A stretch of DNA of 26,915 nt, from the IMG/VR virus record IMGVR_UViG_2541047885_000002, positions 1 through 26,915 of that record. The stretch is one strand, 5' to 3'. A program made the position numbers and the translations under genes. How positions within the stretch are numbered: position 1 is the stretch's first letter; every line of letters begins with the position of its first letter. This document shows positions 18,617-26,698 of this stretch, piece after piece. The notes under the pieces are model-generated. The model saw nothing but the letters and a program-made list of their open reading frames with translations. It was not told where the DNA came from and made no database searches. The DNA comes from a virus (taxonomy: Duplodnaviria > Heunggongvirae > Uroviricota > Caudoviricetes).

Positions 18617-19071
18617 TGATTACATTCAAACCAACGCGAAACATCGACCTGATAGAAGCCGTGGGAAATCACCCCGACATTATCGCTGGTAGCAACAACG
18701 GTGATGGATACGACTACAAGCCTGAATGCCGTTACTTTGAGGTTAACGTGCACGGTCAGTTTGGCGGCATTGTTTACTATCAGGAGATTCAGCCGCTTAC
18801 ATTCGATTGCCACGCCATGTACCTGCCAGAGGTTCGCGGATTCAGCAAGGAAATCGGGCTGGCGTTCTGGCGATACATTCTGACTAACACCACCGTTCAG
18901 TGCGTCACATCGTTCGCTGCACGCAAATTCCGCCACGGGCAGATGTACTGCGCAATTATTGGCCTTAAGCGTGTAGGAACCATCAAGAAATACTTCAAAG
19001 GCGTGGATGACGTGACTTTTTACAGCGCCACACGCGAAGAACTAATCGACTTCCTGAATCACGGGAGATAG
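18616..19071 (+). CDS. Probable gp14-like assembly/ejection-associated protein
   Basis: Assigned by position only, between the needle and gp7 homologues; 151 aa. Confidence 0.5.
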   Translation: MITFKPTRNIDLIEAVGNHPDIIAGSNNGDGYDYKPECRYFEVNVHGQFGGIVYYQEIQPLTFDCHAMYLPEVRGFSKEIGLAFWRYILTNTTVQCVTSFAARKFRHGQMYCAIIGLKRVGTIKKYFKGVDDVTFYSATREELIDFLNHGR

Positions 19072-19073
19072 CC

Positions 19074-19766
19074 ATGTTATATGCATTTAAGCTGGGCAGA
19101 AAACTGCGCGGCGAGGAACCTTATTGCCCTGAAAAAGGCGGGAAAGGTGGCAGTTCTGATAAAAGTGCAAAGTATGCCGCAGAAGCTCAGAAGTATGCCG
19201 CAGACCTGCAAAATCAGCAGTTCAATACCATCATGAACAACCTGAAGCCGTTTACTCCTCTGGCTGGGAAGTATGTCGGCAGCCTTGAGAACTTATCGTC
19301 TCTGGAAGGGCAAGGTCAGGCACTTAACCAGTATTACAACTCTCAGCAGTACAAAGATCTTGCTGGTCAGGCTCGCTATCAGAGTCTGGCTGCAGCGGAA
19401 GCAACAGGTGGATTGGGTTCCACCGCAACCAGTAATCAGTTAGCAACAATCGCACCAACGCTTGGTCAGCAATGGCTATCTGGACAAATGAACAATTACA
19501 ACAACCTGGCAAATATCGGTCTTGGCGCTCTTCAGGGACAGGCAAACGCCGGGCAAACATATGCCAACAACATGAGTCAGATTTCACAGCAAAGCGCGGC
19601 GCTGGCGGCGGCAAACGCCAACCGACCGTCAGCATTGCGGCAGGGTGTTAGTGGTGCTGCATCCGGTGCGCTTTTGGGTGGTGGTATAGCCAGTGCTCTC
19701 GAGCTATCAACTCCGTGGGGTGCTGGTATCGGTGCTGGTCTTGGTCTGCTTGGCTCGTTGTTTTAA
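19074..19766 (+). CDS. Ejection protein (P22 gp7-like)
   Basis: MLYAFKLGRKLRGEEPYCPEKGGKGGSSDKSAKYAAEAQKYAADLQNQQFNTIMNNLKPF..., Gly-rich C-terminus ending LGLLGSLF; matches gp7 as I recall it. Confidence 0.88.
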   Translation: MLYAFKLGRKLRGEEPYCPEKGGKGGSSDKSAKYAAEAQKYAADLQNQQFNTIMNNLKPFTPLAGKYVGSLENLSSLEGQGQALNQYYNSQQYKDLAGQARYQSLAAAEATGGLGSTATSNQLATIAPTLGQQWLSGQMNNYNNLANIGLGALQGQANAGQTYANNMSQISQQSAALAAANANRPSALRQGVSGAASGALLGGGIASALELSTPWGAGIGAGLGLLGSLF

Positions 19767-19776
19767 GGGGTAATCA

Positions 19777-21120
19777 ATGGCTACGTGGCAACAGGGTATT
19801 AATTCTGGTGGTTTTCTGGCTGGAATTGGTGCGCAAAATGAGAATGCGCCAAAGGCAAGCGACATTAACGCAACGCTTGGTCTGATTCGCGAAAACAATG
19901 AACTGGCTCGCTCAGGTGCAAATAACGTTGGTCTGACCGCGTTACGTGGTCTGGCTGGAGTTGCTGATATTTATAAGCAGCAGCAACAGCAGGAGCGTAA
20001 AGCGGCATTCCAGAAAGGTTATGCGGATGCTTATGCGTCCGGCGACAGGGAGCAGATGCGTAATCTTATTACAGCATTCCCCGAAGAGTTTGAGGAAGTC
20101 CGTAAAGGCATGGGGTATGTCGATGACGCCCAGCGGGATGATTTTGGCAATCTGGCGCTCAAGGCTCAGGTAGCTTCGTCGCTTGGTCCGGGTGCATTTG
20201 GCAGGTTTATGATGGATAGCGAAAAGGAGATGCGTCGTTTAGGTATCCCTCCAGAAACTATTGCTGAAATGCAGGTTAATGACCCGCAGGGCTTCCAGCA
20301 CTTTGCAGGTAATCTGGCACTATTTTCTCTCGGCCATGAGAAGTATTTCGATATCAAAGATCAAATGGAGGGGCGTCGACTTGAGCAAGGGCGATTGGAT
20401 GAAAGCATCCGTCAGGCTGACATGGAGAATGCGAGAGGATGGGCAAATATCCAGAACGCTCAACTAGACAGGGCTCAGCGGGCACAAATGCACTCAGATG
20501 AGATGGGATTGAAGCTAATGGAGCTGGGGCAAAAAGGTAAGCCGTCAGCAGACTTAATTAAGGGATTAAATTCTGACATTACCAATTTTGGCAAAAATTA
20601 TAACTCTGTCAGAGCGGCGGCAAACTCTCTGCAAGCCCTTAGCAAGGTAAATACTGGCGCTGCCCAACTTGGGATTATCTTTAATTACATGAAGTCTCTC
20701 GACCCTCAGTCAGTTGTTCGCGAAGGTGAACAGGTTCAGGTCATGCGCTCTGATGGCATATGGGGGCAGATAAAAGGATATGTAGACCAGCTTAATGCAG
20801 GGAATGGCTTGTCACAGGAAGCGAGGGATAACATTGTCAACGCAGCAAAAATTAACGCCAACGCTATGGGGCAGCAGTTTAACCAGCAGGTAGACGAATA
20901 TCTGGATACGTATGGAGATACTATTCCTCAGGGGCTGAAAAAAAGTTTAGGGAGAAGGAAGGCCAAGCTATTTGACGATGTCCCAGCGCAGCCTACACCA
21001 CAAGGTGGTAATGGGCAGACAAAAGCTGCGCCAAGTGGGATATCAGAAGGCGCGACGGCAACGAACCCTAAAACTGGTCAGAAACTCATTTATAGGAACG
21101 GACAATGGCAACCGATGTAG
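19777..21120 (+). CDS. Ejection protein (P22 gp20-like)
   Basis: 447 aa, by position and size between the gp7 and gp16 homologues. Confidence 0.75.
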   Translation: MATWQQGINSGGFLAGIGAQNENAPKASDINATLGLIRENNELARSGANNVGLTALRGLAGVADIYKQQQQQERKAAFQKGYADAYASGDREQMRNLITAFPEEFEEVRKGMGYVDDAQRDDFGNLALKAQVASSLGPGAFGRFMMDSEKEMRRLGIPPETIAEMQVNDPQGFQHFAGNLALFSLGHEKYFDIKDQMEGRRLEQGRLDESIRQADMENARGWANIQNAQLDRAQRAQMHSDEMGLKLMELGQKGKPSADLIKGLNSDITNFGKNYNSVRAAANSLQALSKVNTGAAQLGIIFNYMKSLDPQSVVREGEQVQVMRSDGIWGQIKGYVDQLNAGNGLSQEARDNIVNAAKINANAMGQQFNQQVDEYLDTYGDTIPQGLKKSLGRRKAKLFDDVPAQPTPQGGNGQTKAAPSGISEGATATNPKTGQKLIYRNGQWQPM

Positions 21121-23261
21121 GTTTACCCGAAGGCTTTGTTCTCGATAATCAGCCTGATAACTCACAGCTTCCTGATGGCTTTGTGCTTGATTCCCAACCA
21201 GAACAGCAGCAATCTCCTTTGGTTTCACCAGAGGAAAATTCCAGACAGGAAAATGTTGTTAATAATGCTAACGGTTTCGACCGTTTTATGTATGGCGTTC
21301 TCAGTGGATTGATGGATGTTGGTAAAGGTGTTGGCCTGTTTCAGGACATGACACCAGAAGAGCAAGCCGCAATTCAGTCTCTACAGCAGAAGTTAGCGGC
21401 AAAACCATCAACCGCACAAGATGTTGGTGAGTTCGTTGGACAAGCAGCACCATTTGTTAGTGGTGGTGGGATTATTTCTCAGGTTCCGAAAGGGGCGGCA
21501 AGGCTGGCTGCCGCCGCAGGGCTTGGTGCTGGAGAAGGGGCTATTGTAGCCAATGGAACAAATAGCGATGTTGCTTCCGGCGCTGCTATTGGCGCTGTGG
21601 CTGGCCCTGTAGCCGAGATTGTTGGTCCAGCGCTTGGGAAGATTGCAGGAAAAATTAAAAATAGTGCCGGAGATATTTATCGCTCATCCGTAGGGATGGG
21701 TAGTAAATCATCTAAAGCAACGTTAAAGAAAGCTGCTGGCGCAATGGATAATAAATTTATTGGTGGGCAACGAGCTATTCAAGATTTCGCCGATGAAGTT
21801 AATCCTGATTTTAACGCGATAAATGCTATTCGTGAGCTAGAACTGGAAAATTATGCCACTCCAGGCATGATCTCTAATAATCCTGCTGTCAGGGCTCTTG
21901 ATAATGCAGTGGCAAGTCTCCCTGGAACAGAGATTAGTGAGGCGCATAAGCGTTTTATTACTGAATTAGGAAGAAAAGCTGATGAAATGATAACTTCATT
22001 TGGGGGAAACCTTGATAAGCAACTGGTTTCTGACAGGCTTGCAGATAATTTTGATAAAACCATTTCATCATTACAAAATCAGTCAGATAACATCTACAAC
22101 AAAATTGCCGAAAAGGTACCTGTAAGAGACCGGATTGAGGCAACTAATACATTGAATTTTTTAGAGGATTTTGCTGATGACATAGGTGGAATTGATGAAT
22201 TATCTCCAATAATGAAGCGGACATTGAACCGACTTGATCCAAACACCTTGCCAACGTATGGGCGTTTAGATCTCGCTAGAAAGCAGGTTGGACAAGCTAT
22301 TGGCAAAGGCTCTGGCCCATTCAAGGATGAAGAAACAGGTGTTCTTAAAAAGTTATATGCAGCCATAACAGATGACCAACAGGCTGTCGCAGAAAAATAT
22401 GGTGCAGGGGAATTATGGACGCTTGGTAAGGAGTTGGTAAAAAAACGAAAATCCATTGAAGATGATGCTGTAACCGTCTTGGGTAGAAAACTTCAGCAAT
22501 CAGCAATTCCAAAAGTTGAAAGTGCCGTTGTTAATATGGCAAAAGGAAACGGTGGTGACTTTAGGCAATTAATGAAGTCAATTCCAAAGGATATGCGGCA
22601 GGAAGTTGCGCTCACCTCAATGAATAAAGCATTTACCAGCTATGCCAAATCACCTGGTCAGCAATTAGGAGTTGATGGATTTGTAAAATGGTATAACGGA
22701 ATGTCACGCAATGGGGCCAATATGAAGGCTCTCCGTGATGCTATTGGCACAGATGCATCAAAGCGCCTTGATACGATTTATCAAGCAGCTAAGGCTATGA
22801 ATAGACTCAATACTGGTAAGCAGTATGCTAGTAGCCTTGTGGATCAGCAAGTTAATAACTTTCTGAAAGAAAAGGGTAGTCTCGCAAAAATTTATGGAAT
22901 AGTCTCAAAAGCTGCTGCGGCGGAAGGAATTACAAGCTCATTTGGCCTTTTGGGAGCAGGTGCTTCAGGGGTAATATCGGCTGCATTGATGTCAGGGAAA
23001 ACAAGCAGGATAAAGGCTGCTGATGCTCTACTGTCTTCTCCTGAGTTTAAATTAATGCTATTTCGCCTGCAAAACGCACCAGTAGACAGAGCAGAAGTGA
23101 GACGCGTAATAGAAAGGAAGCTGATGCGATCTAATGCATTTAAGATATGGGAGAAAACCCTGTCAACAGATGAAGCAAAAACCATTTCTCGCACGGGGTT
23201 TATCACATGGTTATCTCAGCAAGATACTACAGCCAGTGACGACCAACCCAAAATGCAATAA
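21105..23261 (+). CDS. Ejection protein (P22 gp16-like), with an N-terminal tandem repeat
   Basis: 718 aa, last gene of the ejection block, overlapping the gp20 stop. N-terminus carries two copies of LP(E/D)GFVLD(N/S)QP. Confidence 0.7.
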   Translation: MATDVGLPEGFVLDNQPDNSQLPDGFVLDSQPEQQQSPLVSPEENSRQENVVNNANGFDRFMYGVLSGLMDVGKGVGLFQDMTPEEQAAIQSLQQKLAAKPSTAQDVGEFVGQAAPFVSGGGIISQVPKGAARLAAAAGLGAGEGAIVANGTNSDVASGAAIGAVAGPVAEIVGPALGKIAGKIKNSAGDIYRSSVGMGSKSSKATLKKAAGAMDNKFIGGQRAIQDFADEVNPDFNAINAIRELELENYATPGMISNNPAVRALDNAVASLPGTEISEAHKRFITELGRKADEMITSFGGNLDKQLVSDRLADNFDKTISSLQNQSDNIYNKIAEKVPVRDRIEATNTLNFLEDFADDIGGIDELSPIMKRTLNRLDPNTLPTYGRLDLARKQVGQAIGKGSGPFKDEETGVLKKLYAAITDDQQAVAEKYGAGELWTLGKELVKKRKSIEDDAVTVLGRKLQQSAIPKVESAVVNMAKGNGGDFRQLMKSIPKDMRQEVALTSMNKAFTSYAKSPGQQLGVDGFVKWYNGMSRNGANMKALRDAIGTDASKRLDTIYQAAKAMNRLNTGKQYASSLVDQQVNNFLKEKGSLAKIYGIVSKAAAAEGITSSFGLLGAGASGVISAALMSGKTSRIKAADALLSSPEFKLMLFRLQNAPVDRAEVRRVIERKLMRSNAFKIWEKTLSTDEAKTISRTGFITWLSQQDTTASDDQPKMQ

Positions 23262-23324
23262 GGAACGCGATAATCCAACCAACTGTTACCATGTTAATCT
23301 CCATAAAGCCAAGGATGGCTTCGG

Positions 23325-23747
23325 CTAACCATCGGATAGGCGCTCTTTTGCCTCTTCGATTAAATCAGCACAAATAAAAGGTAGCTCTGATGAAACAACT
23401 TCCCAGCCAGATTTTTTAACAACTTCATTTAGCCACTCTTCTCTATCGCGAGTTCCTCTCCTTTTTTCCAAGAGGAAAATTTGCGAGTAAATTTGAATGG
23501 CTTTTTCGTTTAGATAAAACGCATATTGTCTGTTTAAAACAACATCTGCAAGTATATTAACGCCTTCTTGAGTTTTTGCCGCTACATCTGGCTCTACCCC
23601 CATACGAATAGATAGGTCGCATAACTCAACGAATGCACGCTCTTCAGCGTCGTGTTTCATTTTGTAAAAATGTGAAGCTAATTTTTGTGTTTCGGCAAGT
23701 TCCGCCCTTAATTTTTTTATCTTGCTTCTCGTTAATATGCCAAACAC
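23325..23747 (-). CDS. Hypothetical protein, visibly AT-rich gene (accessory)
   Basis: GTG start 5 nt after a strong SD AAGGAGG, giving 140 aa; the track's ATG at 23822 has no SD and is disfavoured. N-terminus charged and probably helical. No family recognised. Confidence 0.55.
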   Translation of the reverse strand: MFGILTRSKIKKLRAELAETQKLASHFYKMKHDAEERAFVELCDLSIRMGVEPDVAAKTQEGVNILADVVLNRQYAFYLNEKAIQIYSQIFLLEKRRGTRDREEWLNEVVKKSGWEVVSSELPFICADLIEEAKERLSDG

Positions 23748-23812
23748 ACCAACCTCCTTAGTTTTGAGCAGGATACCAGATGATAATGTGTAGTTGGAGT
23801 AGCGCGGTTGTA

Positions 23813-23902
23813 ATGCAAGCATTTTGTTTTGGTTTTATGCTTGCTTGTATGTGTGTACAGTGTATATAATGCAAGCATACATCACAACAAAGGTGCTTGC
23901 AT
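23813..23902. promoter_or_regulatory. Divergent promoter region with four copies of a near-palindromic 10-bp motif ATGCWWGCAT, plus a sigma70 promoter for the rightward gene
   Basis: Motif copies at 23813-23822, 23837-23846, 23869-23878 and 23893-23902. Promoter TTGCTT (23841-23846), 18-bp spacer, TATAAT (23865-23870). Motif copies overlap the -35, the -10 and the RBS/start region. Confidence 0.65.
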
Positions 23903-23903
23903 T

Positions 23904-24872
23904 ATGACTGAAAAGAAAAGTGGCGAAGGGAAAGCTAAGGGCGGGATCGCTCGCGCAAAGTCGCTGACTAAAGAGCAGCGTTCTGAAATAGCAAAGAAAG
24001 CAGCTGCTGCAAGATGGAAAAGTAAGATTCTCAGGGCAACTCATCGTGGTAACTTTTTAGATGATTTTGGCATTGATGCTGAATGTTATGTACTGGATGA
24101 CGAGTCGAAAACTGTCGTTGTTACGAAAACTGGATTATCTCAGTTGCTAGGGATTGGTGAACATGCCAGGGATTTAGATCAACTGCTTGGCGCTCAGTAT
24201 ATGAGCAAATACCGAGATCTAGAATTGCAGCGAAAAATGGAAAATCCCTATAAATTTCAACTTACTTCGAAGTCTAAAACCGTTCATCAAGCGTTAGGTT
24301 ATGACATTACAGCAATTGTTGATATTGGTAGGGCACTAATAGAAGCCAAAGATAATGACGATCTACCACAATCACGGTTAAAGGCAGCCGCCGCAGCACA
24401 GAGACTTATTAATGCCTCCGCTAAGGCGGGAATTAAGGGGGTTGCGTATGCGCTTGCTGGTTATCGTCCAGAAGTTCAGGCTGTCATTGACGAGTTCAAA
24501 GCGTTTGTTCGTGAAGAGGCTCGTCAATATGAAAAGGAATTTCCAGATGAGCTATACGAGGAGTGGTATCGACTGTACGGCCTGAATAGGCCAGAGAAAG
24601 GACGGCCTATTCGTTTTGGGCAGCTAACCAACATGCAGATATACACCCCGCTAGCAAAGAGTAAAGGTAAAATCCTTGAACAGATTCGAGCCAGCCGAGA
24701 CGAGAACGGAAAACAATCTGATAAGTTGCATCTGTTCCTTTCTGAAATTGGTGTCAAGGCTTTGCGTCAGCATATCGGTAAGCTTCTTGGTGTCGCAGCG
24801 ATGAGTGAGACAAGAGAAGAATACGAAAAAGGAATAGAAAAGGTTTTCGGAAGAATGAAACCAGAAATCTAA
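23904..24872 (+). CDS. Hypothetical protein, possibly P63C-domain family
   Basis: 322 aa from ATG 23904. N-terminal basic motif KAKGGIARAKSLTKEQRSEIAKKAAAARW followed by ILRATHRGNFLDDFGIDAECYVLDD, which I recall as typical of P63C-domain phage proteins (memory only). Followed by a terminator. Confidence 0.5.
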   Translation: MTEKKSGEGKAKGGIARAKSLTKEQRSEIAKKAAAARWKSKILRATHRGNFLDDFGIDAECYVLDDESKTVVVTKTGLSQLLGIGEHARDLDQLLGAQYMSKYRDLELQRKMENPYKFQLTSKSKTVHQALGYDITAIVDIGRALIEAKDNDDLPQSRLKAAAAAQRLINASAKAGIKGVAYALAGYRPEVQAVIDEFKAFVREEARQYEKEFPDELYEEWYRLYGLNRPEKGRPIRFGQLTNMQIYTPLAKSKGKILEQIRASRDENGKQSDKLHLFLSEIGVKALRQHIGKLLGVAAMSETREEYEKGIEKVFGRMKPEI

Positions 24873-24877
24873 TTATG

Positions 24878-24902
24878 AAACCCACCGTCAGGTGGGTTTT
24901 TT
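24878..24902. terminator. Hairpin terminator between convergent genes (probably bidirectional)
   Basis: AAACCCACC (24878-24886), loop GTCA, GGTGGGTTT (24891-24899), with T-run to 24902; A-rich on the opposite strand. Confidence 0.8.
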
Positions 24903-24927
24903 ATAAGGAGTAATCATGATTTACCCA

Positions 24928-25464
24928 TCAAACAACCCACCAGTTTGCCTGATTGGATACCAGCCTTGCAGTTTTTATGGAATTAATTATGCCATGCTCA
25001 AGAGCCTTGTTAGCATCCAAAATGGTCGAGTCTGCTATCAGGGATGCCCACCTAATATGGGTTCCGATGTCGATATTGAACGTCTCAACGAAGCGATCAA
25101 GATCGTTATCGAGGCATTTCCCGTACTCTCTCAATCTGGCATGGTCGGCGGCTGGGGTGGCAAAGCCCCATAATAGAGGATGTAACAGGAATCTTGATAA
25201 TGGGTTTGCGAAACGTTCTGAGCCAGCCAGGAAAACGATATTAGCTATGGATTCAACATTGCTTATGTTGTGAGTTCTAACGGTAACAGGGAGTGACTTA
25301 AGAAAGTTATACGCAGTAAAGCCAGCGGCAGTTTCCCCTCCCTGACTTGATATATGGATATTTAATTCAGTTGCGCCTTGAGATAATGCGGTGAGACAGT
25401 GGTTCTGAAGTTGCCCAACAGTGGCAGTGTTAACGGGGCATAAGAAATGAATTGTGTGCAGCAT
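24928..25464 (-). CDS. ClpP-family (S14-like) serine peptidase homologue, translationally coupled to the mnt-like gene
   Basis: 178 aa aligning by eye to E. coli ClpP: SQGGETAAG vs SPGGVITAG, catalytic-Ser region ESIANIVFLAG vs ASMGAFLLTAG, His in RFLLHPL vs RVMIHQPL, and an Asp in the IADSTILD region. Its ATG overlaps the mnt stop (TAATG). Confidence 0.65.
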   Translation of the reverse strand: MLHTIHFLCPVNTATVGQLQNHCLTALSQGATELNIHISSQGGETAAGFTAYNFLKSLPVTVRTHNISNVESIANIVFLAGSERFANPLSRFLLHPLLWGFATPAADHARLREYGKCLDNDLDRFVETFNIDIGTHIRWASLIADSTILDANKALEHGIINSIKTARLVSNQANWWVV

Positions 25465-25712
25465 TATTTTTCATCCTTACCATACATGGTCTTTAGCGTC
25501 TCAAGCAGCGCCTCTTTGAATTTGTCAGCTTCTTGCTGAGCAAATGACTCAACTGACTTTGGCGACCTATCTTCATCAATCGCGGCTTGCAAAATCATGA
25601 CGATCTCGGAGTTAACAGAGCGACCATTTTTTGATGCTCTGACAGCAAGAGCCTCGCGTAAAGATTCAGGGATTCTTACCGTAGTTGGAGAAATTGACAC
25701 ACCCTTTGCCAT
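25464..25712 (-). CDS. mnt: Mnt-like ribbon-helix-helix repressor
   Basis: 82 aa with RHH core VRIPESLREALAVRASKNGRSVNSEIVMILQAAI (the NGRSVNSEI signature of the Arc/Mnt family) and a helical C-terminus, same architecture and length as P22 Mnt; divergent from the arc-like gene. Confidence 0.8.
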   Translation of the reverse strand: MAKGVSISPTTVRIPESLREALAVRASKNGRSVNSEIVMILQAAIDEDRSPKSVESFAQQEADKFKEALLETLKTMYGKDEK

Positions 25713-25732
25713 ATCACACCTTTGGTATTCAA

Positions 25733-25744
25733 TTTGATATCAAA
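25733..25744. promoter_or_regulatory. Perfect 12-bp palindrome TTTGATATCAAA in the mnt-arc intergenic region (candidate operator)
   Basis: Lies 21 bp upstream of the mnt start and about 80 bp upstream of the arc-like start, where the P22 immI operators lie; a TTGACT -35-like hexamer is at 25762-25767. Confidence 0.5.
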
Positions 25745-25826
25745 GTGTATGCAAAAAAATTTTGACTAGATATACTCACTTTGCTATCTTTTGTATTCTA
25801 AAAGAGTTGTTTGTGTGGAGGGTAAC

Positions 25827-25979
25827 ATGGAGAAAGAAATAAGTAAGATTTTGGTAAGGATGCCGCAGTCGTTAAAGGATGCTATCGGTAGCAGGGCAAA
25901 GGAAGAGTGCAGGTCGTTTAACTCAGAGGTTATCAAGCGCCTGATAGACAGCCTGAAGAGAGAGGGGATAACGGTATGA
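25827..25979 (+). CDS. arc: Arc-like ribbon-helix-helix repressor
   Basis: 50 aa [50 protein letters not shown], the P22 Arc pattern and size; SD GGAGGG 5 nt upstream. The track's longer ORF from 25791 is rejected. Confidence 0.75.
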   Translation: MEKEISKILVRMPQSLKDAIGSRAKEECRSFNSEVIKRLIDSLKREGITV

Positions 25980-26179
25980 GTAAAGAATGTTGTTTCTGCG
26001 GCATTAGCGAATCAGACGCTGATCAAACATACATTTACTCTAAAGAAACAGGTCGGATGCTGTGTAGTGACTGCGTGTTGGACATCATAAGATACAAGCA
26101 TCTTGGATGTTCTGCCAGCATTAGCAATATAGGTGAAGTATACGAAGGGAAAGATATAACTGATAGAGCAGAAAGTTGA
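25976..26179 (+). CDS. Small Cys-rich (zinc-ribbon-like) protein
   Basis: 67 aa with CCFCG ... CSDC; ATGA overlap with the arc-like stop; between arc and the antirepressor gene. Confidence 0.5.
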   Translation: MSKECCFCGISESDADQTYIYSKETGRMLCSDCVLDIIRYKHLGCSASISNIGEVYEGKDITDRAES

Positions 26180-26241
26180 AGCCCCAACTGCTGGAACAGT
26201 CAGGGCTTCGGTATCAACAAATCGGCTTAGGAAATATTGAC

Positions 26242-26698
26242 ATGAAAAGTATAGCAAAGGCACAAAACGATTTCACCATCTTCAAATTTGGCGACAGTGA
26301 AATTCGCGTCATTAACAAGTGCGGCGAGCCGTGGTTTGTAGCTAAAGATGTTTGTGATGCTTTAGCTTTGACTAACTCACGCAAGGCGCTTACTGCACTT
26401 GATGACGATGAAAAGGGAGTAACTTTAAGTTACACCCTTGGTGGTGAGCAGAATCTAAGCATTGTGAGCGAATCAGGTATGTATACATTGGTTCTGCGCT
26501 GCCGCGATGCAGTCAATAAAGGTTCAGTCCCGCACAAATTCCGCAAGTGGGTAACAGCAGAAGTTCTGCCTTCAATTCGCAAACATGGCGAGTATGTAAA
26601 AGGAAAGAAAACCACTGTTGAGGAAAGAACACCGCTACGCGATGCAGTAAACATGCTGGTAGGAAAGAAAGGACTTCGCTATGACGATGCATACAATA
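26242..26698 (+). pseudogene. ant: Bro-N domain antirepressor (ant position), 3'-truncated by the IS insertion
   Basis: From ATG 26242: [60 protein letters not shown]...[14 protein letters not shown]...[17 protein letters not shown] is a typical Bro-N domain. The ORF runs into IS sequence at 26699. Confidence 0.8.

Noticed and set aside
23134-23328. 64-aa plus-strand ORF overlapping the 3' end of the gp16-like gene
   Set aside because: It is out of frame inside gp16, has no SD and a low-complexity translation.
23748-23822. ATG at 23822 as the start of the minus-strand 140-aa gene (track gives 165 aa)
   Set aside because: No SD precedes it and the ATG is part of an operator-like motif copy, whereas the in-frame GTG at 23747 is 5 nt downstream of AAGGAGG. 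The longer form cannot be excluded.
24916-25173. 85-aa plus-strand ORF with an AGGAG SD 5 nt upstream of its ATG
   Set aside because: It lies entirely antisense to the ClpP-like gene, which aligns along its whole length with the ClpP fold and is translationally coupled to mnt. The SD-like sequence sits in the tail of the bidirectional terminator and is probably coincidental. A small residual chance remains that it is real.
26178-26210. Inverted repeat GAAGCCC...GGGCTTC upstream of the antirepressor start
   Set aside because: 7-bp stem with an 18-nt loop and no U-tract; too weak to call a terminator or operator.
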